64,000 nt of DNA from Promethearchaeota archaeon (GTDB taxonomy: Archaea; Asgardarchaeota; Lokiarchaeia; Sigyniarchaeales; SOKP01), in assembly GCA_048940925.1 (NCBI GenBank), contig JBHLOC010000014.1, forward strand, positions 34,371 through 98,370. Direction: 5' to 3'. How positions within the stretch are numbered: the first letter of the stretch is position 1; every line of letters starts with the position of its first letter. The notes under the pieces are model-generated. The model saw nothing but the letters and a program-made list of their open reading frames with translations, made no database searches and was not told the DNA's origin. Made by a program: the position numbers and the translations under genes. Of the stretch, positions 50,642 through 60,627 are shown piece by piece.

Positions 50642-52387
50642 ATGCCTAAAGAATTAGGATCATTTTGTTTAGTACTTCACGCCCACCTACCATGGGTAAT
50701 CGGCCACGGAAAATAATTTGAATTTATCTTATTATACGAAATATGGCCCCATGGAATGGACTGGGTGAATGAAGCAGCAGCAGAAACCTATATACCTCTT
50801 CTTATAGAATTATATAAATTAGTAGATGATGGGTACCATCCAAAATTTACTATTGGGCTTACTCCTGTTCTGTGTGAAATGCTTCGACACCCTAGATTTA
50901 TTGATGGTTTCTTAGGGTATCTTGATGAAAAATATAATGCTGCTGTTCACGATTTTGAGAATTTTACAGAAAGTAAATATGAAGAAGGTAGAATTAAATT
51001 AACTCTATGGTGGCAAGAGTTTTATCAGCGTGTAAAGGAAAATTTCATTCACAGATATAATAAAGATATTATAGGAGCTTTTAAAAATCTCCAAGATATG
51101 GGACTTTTAGATATTATTACCTGCGGCGCTACTCATGGATATGCTCCACTACTATCTAAAGATACATCGATTGATGCTCAATTTAAAACGGCTGTGGATA
51201 ATTATAAGCGACATTTTGGAAGAAATCCCACAGGCGCGTGGTTACCTGAATGTGCTTATCGACCGGGATACAGATGGAAAAATCCAATCTCTGGAGAGGA
51301 ATATCAAAGACCTGGAGTGGAATATTTCCTTGCTAAAAATGGTTTAAAGTATTTTTTTATAGATACTACTTTATTATTGGGAGGAAAATCTCAAGGGGTA
51401 TATGCGGCTCGATTTCCATTACTTGCAGAACTCTGGAAACAATTTGAATCTCAATATGAAGAAATTCCAACTTCTTTTGAAAAATCGCAATATGAACCCT
51501 ATTTAGTATCGACTGATCCATCAACTCCGGGACCTGTAGGATTTTTTACAAGAGATGAAAAAACAGGTATAGTTGTATGGAGTGGAGAACATGGCTATCC
51601 AGGTTGTGCTGAATATCTTGATTTTCATAAAAAGCACTATCCTGGAGGTTTGCGATATTGGAAAGTAACCGAAGCCAAATTGGATTTAGGAAAAAAAATG
51701 TTGTATTGGCCTGATGATGTTCCAGGTAAATTAGATGAAAATGCTGGTCATTATATAAATCTTATTAAAGATATTTTACGTGATTTTAAAGGCAAGTTTG
51801 GAAGAAATGGAATTGTTGTAGCTCCTTATGATGCAGAATTATTTGGACATTGGTGGTTTGAGGGAAATTGGTGGCTATCGAGAGTATTTAGATGGGCAGA
51901 AGATGATCCTGAAATAGATCTAACTAATACAAGATTATATCTTGAAAATAATCCCCCAAATAAGGTAGTGAGCGTAATAGAGGGTTCTTGGGGGCAAGCT
52001 TCATCTCACTGGGTGTGGTTTAACGAGTGGACAACTTGGACATGGGAGAGGATATACGAATGCGAAGCTAAAAGTGAAATAATTACTGCAAAATACAAAG
52101 ATTCTCATGATCCACATCTAATCAGAATTCTTAAACAAATGGCGCGAGAACTTCTATTATTAGAAAGTAGCGATTGGCAATTTCTAATGACGACTTGGAC
52201 CGCAAGAGATTATGCAGAAAATAGAATTGCGTTGCATTATGACAATTTTAATAGACTTTATAATATGGCGAACCTTTATGGAACGGGACAATATGTTGAA
52301 GAGGGCGAGTGGCACTTTCTAGGTTTGATTGAAGATAATGATGGATTATTTGAAGCAATAGACCTTGAACCATTTGCTAAAAAGTAG
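50642..52387 (+). CDS. GH57 1,4-alpha-glucan branching enzyme, interrupted by a 30-nt insertion with an in-frame TAA (50714-50716)
   Basis: ATG 50642 gives MPKELGSFCLVLHAHLPWVIGHGK*, in the same frame as WPHGMDW..EA.AETYIPLL. Downstream motifs GATHG, WLPECAYRP, PYDAELFGHWWFEG and ESSDWQF are intact. Confidence 0.88.
50713..50742 (+). other. Candidate 30-nt archaeal (EndA-type) mRNA intron
   Basis: Removal restores GHGKWPHG with the same spacing as the paralog (KSGTWPAG). Flanked by paired exon segments GGCCA/TGGCC and CCATGG/CCATGG. Confidence 0.5.
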
Positions 52388-52569
52388 ATATTCTATTAAT
52401 TTAGAGAAACAAGAATTACTTTAAGTTTTTTAAAATTATTTTTCTTTTCCTATTGTTGTCATAAATATGTGTAACAATTTTCGATAAGTGTAAATTTATA
52501 TAAAATTTGTGATATAATGTAAATAAAGATACAAAAAACTATGTTTGGTGAAAGATTATAGCTTATATA

Positions 52570-53364
52570 ATGTCCACAGAGACAATTTTTTTAATGATTG
52601 CAGTGATTATTCCAGGGCTACTTATTTTCTTTCAGAGAAAATTCAAGTTAAAAAGGAAAACGATTGGTTTTAAGGTTTTATTACATATAATGTTTTCCAC
52701 ATCAATTACAATTGCATGTACGGCATTTGCCTACAGAATATTTAATGATTCAATTCCAAGAGTGATAATGATTTTGAGTGCGTTTTCTTATGTAGCTTTC
52801 GCTATTTATTATCTACTTAGTATTATTCAGAAACAAGAATTGAAAATATTTACTCTATTAAAAGATAGTTCGGATGCGTCTGTAAACGTTTCAAATATTG
52901 CTACTGAATTGGCTGCAAGTGCTAGTGAAGTGAATGCCGCCTCAGAAGAAATCGCAAACTCTACTCAAATTATAACACAAGAGGCGCAAGAGGCTATAAT
53001 AGCTACTAACAATATAAGAAATGTTGTTGGGCTGGTTACTAATATTGCAGATCAAACAAATTTATTAGCGCTAAATGCCAGTATTGAAGCCGGTAGAGCA
53101 GGTGAACATGGTAGAGGGTTCGCGGTTGTTGCAGATGAGGTTCGAAAATTGGCTGAAGAATCAAAAACAGCTGTTCTTGAAACAAATAAAGATATCATTG
53201 ATGTAGTGAATAAAATAAATTCGACATTTAGTTCTATGGAAGGAATAAGTGCATCGGCGGAACAACAAACAGCTTCTATGGAAGAAATTTCTTCAACAGC
53301 AAATAAACTTGGCAATTTGGCTGAAAATTTAAAAAATAAATTATCAGGTAAATCCATGAAATAA
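52570..53364 (+). CDS. Short methyl-accepting chemotaxis-like protein (3 TM + signalling hairpin)
   Basis: [40 protein letters not shown]. Confidence 0.9.
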   Translation: MSTETIFLMIAVIIPGLLIFFQRKFKLKRKTIGFKVLLHIMFSTSITIACTAFAYRIFNDSIPRVIMILSAFSYVAFAIYYLLSIIQKQELKIFTLLKDSSDASVNVSNIATELAASASEVNAASEEIANSTQIITQEAQEAIIATNNIRNVVGLVTNIADQTNLLALNASIEAGRAGEHGRGFAVVADEVRKLAEESKTAVLETNKDIIDVVNKINSTFSSMEGISASAEQQTASMEEISSTANKLGNLAENLKNKLSGKSMK

Positions 53365-53766
53365 AAGGGATTTTTAATTTAATTCAAATCTTAGATTTTG
53401 CATTTTTTTTAAAGGAACTTTTTTACTCCCTTTTTTAATAGAATTGAATATTTTCAAATAGAAAAGTTATTAATAACTAAGATGTTAAACAAGAAAAAGT
53501 ACTAGTCTTCTGCTAAATGAAATCCTTTCTTTCTGAATATATTCTTTCAATAGCATTTTCTAAATATGATTGAAGATATTGATGGATTATTCGTTGCATT
53601 AGACTTAGAATCTTTCGCAAAAAAAAAATAATTGTAAATTCACAACTTTTCGAAAATATCCAATATCCTACCAAAAGATTTATATACATTTTACCCATAA
53701 AAGTCCTTTAATAATTTTCTTACTCATTTATTTAATATTTAAGAATGACATAGAACTTAAGGTAGG

Positions 53767-54103
53767 TTGAAATTCCCGTTAAGAAAAAAAAAGAGGTTTA
53801 ATCCTTTTAGTATTATTTATAATATCAGGGGAACTTTTATTTTTTATATTCAATATTTATGACATATTTGGGGGATTCCAATTTAAGGCTAAGAGAAATT
53901 TTACTTTTGATTATAATCAAGGATCTGGTAGCATTAAAATTAATTTTCGACTTACTCATATAATGAACGACCAATTTTATAGCAATATTATTTTTCAGAC
54001 AACATCCAAGGGCGATGTAAAACACCTAGGGATACCTTACTTAAACTTAACTATTTGTAAAGATAACGACAATTCATTTCAATATAGATATCATGATTAT
54101 TAA
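53767..54103 (+). pseudogene. Probable frameshifted remnant of a membrane-anchored protein gene
   Basis: TTG 53767 (MKFPLRKK) needs a shift in the A9 run 53784-53792 to enter an open frame reading KRGLILLVLFIISGELLFFIF…, which ends at TAA 54101-54103. Confidence 0.35.
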
Positions 54104-54321
54104 GAATTTTGTTGAATTGAGATATAATAAGGGTATAGCTTTACTACGGGTTCAAGTTTTCTTAGTTTTCACTTTATTATTAGACATTGGTTTCATATTA
54201 AGAATTTTTGCAAGAATAAATCACGAAGGAAGATTTAGAGAGAATGATAAAAAAGAGATAAGCAATTCTGGGATTATATCGGTAAAAGGCAGAAGAACAA
54301 AAAGAACCTTAAATATAAATT

Positions 54322-55902
54322 TTATTCAATTCTTTTAAAATATTCGAGATTTAATTCTTGAAAACAAGAATCAATATCTTCAATTTCTTTTAATTCCCTT
54401 AAATTAATTCTAGCTTTATCTTCAAAATTCTTCGCAGCCCATATTAATTTAAGAAGTCTCTGATGATGATGATGGAACCTTTGATTTGCATAATCCTTAG
54501 CTTGTTCTGTATAAAGTAAAAACGGCCAATCACTTCCCTCCATCAAAAGAAGTTCTCTAGCAATTTGTTTTAGAATCTGTTTTTCCCAATTATTTGGATC
54601 TGGATTAATTTCTAATACATCTTCTAATTCTTTGATTGATTGATTTATATATGGCCATATCCAACCATGTTCTGGATTTTTCCAAACCCTAAAATCACCA
54701 CCTTCTCCCCAACTGCTTTCTCTCATTTTTATTATCGAGAAGTTTTCTCTATTAGAAGAAGTAAAATCAGAAATAGTTATCATATTGATATCATCTTTAT
54801 TATTAATTAACTCGAATACTCTTTTTAACCAATTAATTCCCTCTCCCCACCAATGACCATAAAGTTCAAAGTCATAAGGCGAGATTATGATGCCTTTTTC
54901 TTTATAAGTTTCATAAAATTCTCGAGCTTCTAATTCAAGTAGATTTATAAAATCATTTGCATGAGAGGCAACCATCTCTTCTGCTTTTTCAATATTATAT
55001 AATTTTTTCTCTACTTTTCCAGTAATTCTCCAATAACGTAATCCAGATTCATGATCTTTTTTATGAAATTCTCTGTAATATTTATTTCCAGGATATCCTA
55101 TTTTAGCATCCCATACTTGTCTACTAGTATTATTATTTCTCCCAAATACCGAAATATCAGTTTCTAATTTATGTCCATAATTTACATTTAAACCAAAATC
55201 ATTTTTTTGATCAATAATTTCTGCTGTAAGGATCCCATGAGAATCAACAAAAAAATATTTAATCCCAGAATTGTTCAACCAATAATCTATGCTTTCTCTC
55301 AATTTACCTCGAAAATCCTGTTTAGGACGATATGCACATTCTGGAAGCCAAAAACCTTTTGGAGCTTTACCAAAATATTTTTTATGAGTATCTACAGCTA
55401 GCTGAATTTGAGAAAAAATTCCAGAATCGCGTTCAAAAAGAGGTAAAAACCCATGTGTTGCACCACATGTTATTAATTCAATCATCCCTTCATCTTGGAG
55501 CCATTTAAAACTCCCTAAAATGTCTCGATAATAATTATGATAAAAAGTATCTAATGTATGTTCAAAAGTTCTTAAATGATATTCAGCAATTCCTTTTCTC
55601 TCTTGGTGATTTTCAAATCTTCTGATATCATTTTTTGCTCTTGAGATTAAGTTTTCCATATATTCTGTGAATCTCTGAGTCATATACTCATCCGCAAGTT
55701 GCTCGGCTAAAATTGGCGTGATATTTATTGTAATAGCTGATTTTAATCCTTCTTCTTTCAACTCCCTTAAAATATTTAACATTGGGATATATGTCTCGTT
55801 CATGGCTTCCATTAACCATTCTTCACCAGCTGGCCAAGTTCCCGATTTTTTACACCATGGAATGTGTCCATGTAATATTAAACCAAAATAACCTAGAAGC
55901 AT
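54322..55902 (-). CDS. GH57 1,4-alpha-glucan branching enzyme (intact paralog)
   Basis: LHGHIPW, WPAGEEWL.EA..ETYIP, GATHG, WLPECAYRP, PYDFELYGHWW.EG and EGSDWPF. Confidence 0.92.
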   Translation of the reverse strand: MLLGYFGLILHGHIPWCKKSGTWPAGEEWLMEAMNETYIPMLNILRELKEEGLKSAITINITPILAEQLADEYMTQRFTEYMENLISRAKNDIRRFENHQERKGIAEYHLRTFEHTLDTFYHNYYRDILGSFKWLQDEGMIELITCGATHGFLPLFERDSGIFSQIQLAVDTHKKYFGKAPKGFWLPECAYRPKQDFRGKLRESIDYWLNNSGIKYFFVDSHGILTAEIIDQKNDFGLNVNYGHKLETDISVFGRNNNTSRQVWDAKIGYPGNKYYREFHKKDHESGLRYWRITGKVEKKLYNIEKAEEMVASHANDFINLLELEAREFYETYKEKGIIISPYDFELYGHWWGEGINWLKRVFELINNKDDINMITISDFTSSNRENFSIIKMRESSWGEGGDFRVWKNPEHGWIWPYINQSIKELEDVLEINPDPNNWEKQILKQIARELLLMEGSDWPFLLYTEQAKDYANQRFHHHHQRLLKLIWAAKNFEDKARINLRELKEIEDIDSCFQELNLEYFKRIE

Positions 55903-56018
55903 AGCAAATAAAAAAATATAAAATGTTTATTATTAATAACTATTTTCAAATATTTTCAAGACTATTGATCCTAAGCATTTAGAAAAAAAATAAAAAGTTA
56001 TTTTAAATTGCTTTTATT

Positions 56019-56816
56019 TCAATTTTTCTCATATAAAAATTCTTTTATCAGTTTAACTACTCTTTGGGGTTCTGGCTGAAAGAACAAATGAGCAGCATTC
56101 TCTAACATAATCAGTTTTGCACCAGATATACCTTTTGCTAAAATTTCAGCATTTCCGGGTGGTATTAAAATATCTTCTTTACCTTGAAGTATTAATGTTG
56201 GTTTTTCAATTTCTTTAAGTCTCCTAGCTGCATTGAAACTCATTGCTTGTAATTGACGATGATGCGAGCTTAGTTGAATAGGTATTTTAAGCATTTGTTG
56301 TTTATATGATTCTATGAATTCAGGACTATTTTCAATAAAAGTTTTAGTAAATAATAGTGGTATAAAACCATTAATAAGATCTATATTATCTTCCGGAGGA
56401 TTTATGAGGAAATTCATTACTTCATTTGAAGGTGGTAAGCTTTTACTTCCTCCACAATGTGTACTACAAAGAATTAAATTCGCAACTCTCTCAGGATAAT
56501 TGAGCGTTATCTCTTGTGCAATAAATCCACCCATCGAAAATCCAAGTATATGTGCCTTTTGAATATTTAAAACATCCATTAACCCTATTGTATCATCAGC
56601 AAACATTTTGATGGAATAAGCAATCTCAGGTTTATCGGTTCTTCCTACTCCTCTATTATCGAAGACAATGGTTTTAAAACTTTGTGCTATTGCTTTTATT
56701 ACTTCTGGACTCCACCAATTAACATCACAAGATAATCCCAAAATCATAATAAACGGGAAACCCTCTCCATGGATTTCATAATATATATTAATGTCATTTA
56801 CTCTTATTGTAGGCAA
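56019..56816 (-). CDS. Alpha/beta fold hydrolase
   Basis: FDNRGVGRT, GFSMGG, G.EDILIP and AAH catalytic triad; TTG start behind GAGGTG. Confidence 0.9.
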   Translation of the reverse strand: MPTIRVNDINIYYEIHGEGFPFIMILGLSCDVNWWSPEVIKAIAQSFKTIVFDNRGVGRTDKPEIAYSIKMFADDTIGLMDVLNIQKAHILGFSMGGFIAQEITLNYPERVANLILCSTHCGGSKSLPPSNEVMNFLINPPEDNIDLINGFIPLLFTKTFIENSPEFIESYKQQMLKIPIQLSSHHRQLQAMSFNAARRLKEIEKPTLILQGKEDILIPPGNAEILAKGISGAKLIMLENAAHLFFQPEPQRVVKLIKEFLYEKN

Positions 56817-57199
56817 GTAGAGAGCACCTCAATTAAAAATTAGATTTCTATTTGCTAATTTTAGTAGAACTTTTTTTCCTTAATATAATTTGTTATCTAA
56901 TTTTTTATATTAAAGATTTACTTTTGAGTAATAGAATTAAACTACCCAAGAGCGATAAAAATGTGAGTGTGGTGTTAGTTTGGGATTTATATCAGCTAAA
57001 AAAAGTAGGTTTTTCAATGGTTAGGTTTTGTCCTGAATCAATAATACCCATAATTTATCCTAAATTCATTTTTGAGGAATAAAAGTGTAAAATTATAATC
57101 ATTATTTCTTAAAGTCCAAAAAGAGAACATAATAAAAAAAATCAACAAAAATCAAAAATATAGCTACAAATTTTTAAGGATTAGAAAATAAATTAGGAA

Positions 57200-58063
57200 A
57201 TGATAATGAAAATACCATTTAAAATTGATTTGAAAAGTAAAACAGCTGTGGTTACTGGGGGAGCAGGTGAATTATGTGGGCGATTTTCTGAAGCTCTGGC
57301 AATATGTGGAGCAAATGTTGCAATACTTGATTTGCGAAAAGAGGATGCTGATAATTTAGCAAAAAAGATTAATGAAAATGGGGGAACTGCCATAGGAGTT
57401 AAAGCAAATGTGCTAGATCTTAAGAGTTTATTGAATGCTGAAAATATAATAAAACAAGAATTTGGTTTATGTACCATACTCATAAATGGAGCAGGTGGAA
57501 ATCATCCAAAAGGAACGACATCAAAAGAGTTTCTCATAAGGGATGATATAGAAATTGAAGAAAAAGACCTTATTACTTTTTTTGATTTAGACCAAAAAGG
57601 ATTCGAATTTGTATTTAATCTAAATTTGATCGGCACTTTACTTCCTACTCAAGTGTTTGCTAAGCATATGATAAATCAGAAGGATTCTATTATTATTAAT
57701 ATTTCTTCTATGAATGCATTTAAACCATTAACTAGAATACCGGCATATAGTGGAGCTAAAGCTGCTGTTAGTAATTTCACTCAATGGCTTGCGGTTCACT
57801 TTTCAAAAGTAGGTATACGCGTAAATGCAATTGCTCCTGGATTTTTCTTGACAGAACAGAATCGCGTTCTTTTGACCAATAAGGATGGTTCATTTACTAA
57901 GCGAGCTGAAAAAATTCTGGATCATACACCAGCAGGACGATTTGGAAAACCAACGGAGCTAATAGGTACACTTCTTTGGCTTGTTAATGAAGAAGCGTCT
58001 GGTTTCGTCAATGGAGTCATTATTCCAGTTGATGGTGGATTTTCTGCCTATTCAGGAATATAA
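57200..58063 (+). CDS. uxuB: SDR family D-mannonate oxidoreductase (fructuronate reductase)
   Basis: TGG.G, INGAGGNHP, SSMNAFKPLTRIPAYSGAK and NAIAPGFF; first gene of the uxuA operon. Confidence 0.85.
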   Translation: MIMKIPFKIDLKSKTAVVTGGAGELCGRFSEALAICGANVAILDLRKEDADNLAKKINENGGTAIGVKANVLDLKSLLNAENIIKQEFGLCTILINGAGGNHPKGTTSKEFLIRDDIEIEEKDLITFFDLDQKGFEFVFNLNLIGTLLPTQVFAKHMINQKDSIIINISSMNAFKPLTRIPAYSGAKAAVSNFTQWLAVHFSKVGIRVNAIAPGFFLTEQNRVLLTNKDGSFTKRAEKILDHTPAGRFGKPTELIGTLLWLVNEEASGFVNGVIIPVDGGFSAYSGI

Positions 58064-58116
58064 GAGTTCAAAGAAATTATTAAAAATAAATTAAGAATAA
58101 ATAAGGTTATGTAAAA

Positions 58117-59187
58117 ATGGAAATGACATTTAGGTGGTTTGGAGAAAATGATCCTATTCCTCTTCAATATATTAGACAAATCCCAAAAGTGACAGGAATC
58201 GTTTCAGCTTTATATGATGTTCCTGTTGGAGATATATGGCCTCGTGCTAAAATTAGTAAACTTAAGAGAATTATTGAAGCAGCAGGATTGAATTTTTCTG
58301 TAATTGAAAGTATACCTATTCATGAAGATATTAAACTTGGACGGTCCAATCGCGATGAATTAATAGATAATTATTGCCAGAGTATAATAAATATGGGAAC
58401 TCTTGGGATAAAGACACTCTGCTATAATTTCATGCCTGTGTTTGATTGGTTTCGCACTAATTTAGCATTGGAAAACCCTGATGGTTCTAATTCTTTAGGT
58501 TATTTAAATAAAGAAGTGATAAAAATAAATCCGAAGAAAAATTCTTTAGAACTCCCTGGATGGACTACCCCCTATACCAAAAAAGAACTGAATAATCTTT
58601 TGGATGCTTATTCTGAGATTAATGAAGATGACTTATGGTCCAATTTAGAATACTTCTTAAAAAGAGTTGTTCCAATAGCAGAAGAATTTGGAGTAAAAAT
58701 GGGAATTCATCCAGATGATCCTCCATGGTCAATTTTTGGTCTCCCTCGCATAATTACTAATGAAAAGGCATTAGATCGTGTAATTAAAATTGTAAAGAGC
58801 ACCTCAAACGGGATTACCTTCTGTTCTGCCTCTCTTGGTTTAAATCCAAATATAGATTTAGCCAGATGTATCCAAAAGTTTGGAAAGATAGATCGGATCC
58901 CCTTTGTTCATTGTAGAAATCTTAAAAAAACTGGAAAATTCGACTTTCATGAAAGTAAACATCCTACCGAGTTTGGCGATATTGATATGTATGAAGTAAT
59001 CAAAGCATATGTTGAAATTGAATTTAAAGGAGCAGTGCGTCCTGATCATGGAAGGATGATATGGGGTGAATCTGGGCGTCCGGGTTATGGGTTATATGAT
59101 CGCGCATTAGGAGCTATATATATTATAGGTCTTTGGGAGGGAATTGAAAAAAGTATTAATACTACAATAGTAAAAAATGGAGGTTAG
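58117..59187 (+). CDS. uxuA: Mannonate dehydratase
   Basis: MTFRWFG, IES.PIHEDIKLG, CYNFMPVFDW.RT, HPDDPP, RPDHGR and PGYGLYDRALG. Confidence 0.96.
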   Translation: MEMTFRWFGENDPIPLQYIRQIPKVTGIVSALYDVPVGDIWPRAKISKLKRIIEAAGLNFSVIESIPIHEDIKLGRSNRDELIDNYCQSIINMGTLGIKTLCYNFMPVFDWFRTNLALENPDGSNSLGYLNKEVIKINPKKNSLELPGWTTPYTKKELNNLLDAYSEINEDDLWSNLEYFLKRVVPIAEEFGVKMGIHPDDPPWSIFGLPRIITNEKALDRVIKIVKSTSNGITFCSASLGLNPNIDLARCIQKFGKIDRIPFVHCRNLKKTGKFDFHESKHPTEFGDIDMYEVIKAYVEIEFKGAVRPDHGRMIWGESGRPGYGLYDRALGAIYIIGLWEGIEKSINTTIVKNGG

Positions 59188-59191
59188 ACAC

Positions 59192-60592
59192 TTGAAAAAA
59201 TTTATGGGTGAAAATTTTCTTTTACAAACAAAAACAGCAGAATATCTTTATCATGAGCATGCGAAAAACATGCCAATATTTGATTACCATTGCCATTTGC
59301 CAGTAGAAGATATTGCTAAAGATATTTGCTTTAATAACTTAGGGCAAGTGTGGCTAGCAGGGGATCACTACAAATGGCGTTTAATGCGCAATAACGGTAT
59401 AACTGAGAAATATTGCACTGGTAATGCCTCTGATTATGAAAAGTTTGAAAAATGGGCAGAAACAGTTCCAATGACTATTCGAAATCCTCTATACCATTGG
59501 ACTCATTTAGAGTTAAATAGATATTTCAACATTACTGAATTATTAAATCCCACAACCTGTAAGAAAATTTATGATCATTGCTCCGCATTATTAAAAACAC
59601 CAGAATTCTCTGTACGTAACCTACTCATTAAAATGAATGTAAATGTAATATGCACTACAAATGATCCTATAGATTCACTTGAATTTCATAAAAGAATCAA
59701 AAATGATGGATTCAAAATTAAAGTATTTCCTGCATTCAGACCAGATAAAGCAATGCATATAAATAATAAAATAGAATACAAAAAATATATCCACAAATTA
59801 AGTGATGTCGCAAATATTGAAATAGAGGATTTCACAAGTTTAATGAAGGCTATTGATATACGTCATAACTATTTTCATACTAATGGATGTCGAATTGCTG
59901 ATCACGGGATTGAATTTTTCCATATTCAAAATTATACAGATGGAGAAATCGAAAATATAATGGTTAAAGCTCTTTCAGAACAAAAATTGACTAAAACTGA
60001 AATATCTAAATTTAAATCAGCATTCCTTTATGAAGTTGCAAGATTAAATCATAAATGTGGATGGGTACAACAATTCCATGTTGGAGCTATTCGTAATACC
60101 AACACTCGGATGTATAATCAACTTGGATCTGATATAGGATGCGATTCAATAGGGGACTTTGCTCATGGAGAAAATATAGCTAAGTTTCTAGATCGTCTTG
60201 ATCAATCAAATGAACTCACAAAAACAATTCTTTATAGTATAAATCCACGAGATAATGAATTATTTGCATCAATAATTGGAAATTTCCAAGATAGTTCTTT
60301 TCCTGGGAAATTGCAGTTTGGTCCAGCTTGGTGGTTTTTAGATCAAATAGATGGAATGACAAAACAACTTAACACACTGTCTAATATGGGATTATTAAGT
60401 CGCTTTATTGGAATGACTACTGATTCTCGAAGCTTTTTATCATTTCCAAGACATGAATATTTTCGTCGAATACTCTGCAATTTAATTGGAATAGATGTTG
60501 AAAATGGAGAAATTCCCTCTGATACGGATTTGCTTGGAAAAATTGTTGAAAATATTTGTTATAATAATGCAATTAAGTATTTTGGGATATAA
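59192..60592 (+). CDS. uxaC: Uronate (glucuronate/galacturonate) isomerase
   Basis: PIFDYHCHL, GDHYKWRLMR, NPLYHWTHLEL, WWFLD and TDSRSFLS.PRHEYFRR. Likely TTG start at 59192, behind GGAGG. Confidence 0.96.
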   Translation: MKKFMGENFLLQTKTAEYLYHEHAKNMPIFDYHCHLPVEDIAKDICFNNLGQVWLAGDHYKWRLMRNNGITEKYCTGNASDYEKFEKWAETVPMTIRNPLYHWTHLELNRYFNITELLNPTTCKKIYDHCSALLKTPEFSVRNLLIKMNVNVICTTNDPIDSLEFHKRIKNDGFKIKVFPAFRPDKAMHINNKIEYKKYIHKLSDVANIEIEDFTSLMKAIDIRHNYFHTNGCRIADHGIEFFHIQNYTDGEIENIMVKALSEQKLTKTEISKFKSAFLYEVARLNHKCGWVQQFHVGAIRNTNTRMYNQLGSDIGCDSIGDFAHGENIAKFLDRLDQSNELTKTILYSINPRDNELFASIIGNFQDSSFPGKLQFGPAWWFLDQIDGMTKQLNTLSNMGLLSRFIGMTTDSRSFLSFPRHEYFRRILCNLIGIDVENGEIPSDTDLLGKIVENICYNNAIKYFGI

Positions 60593-60627
60593 TTATTCAA
60601 TTTTTTCAAAGTTTAAGGAATAGTAGA

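Noticed and set aside
56852-57082. 76-aa ORF upstream of the uronate operon
   Set aside because: TTG start, low-complexity AT-rich composition, and it occupies a divergent promoter region.
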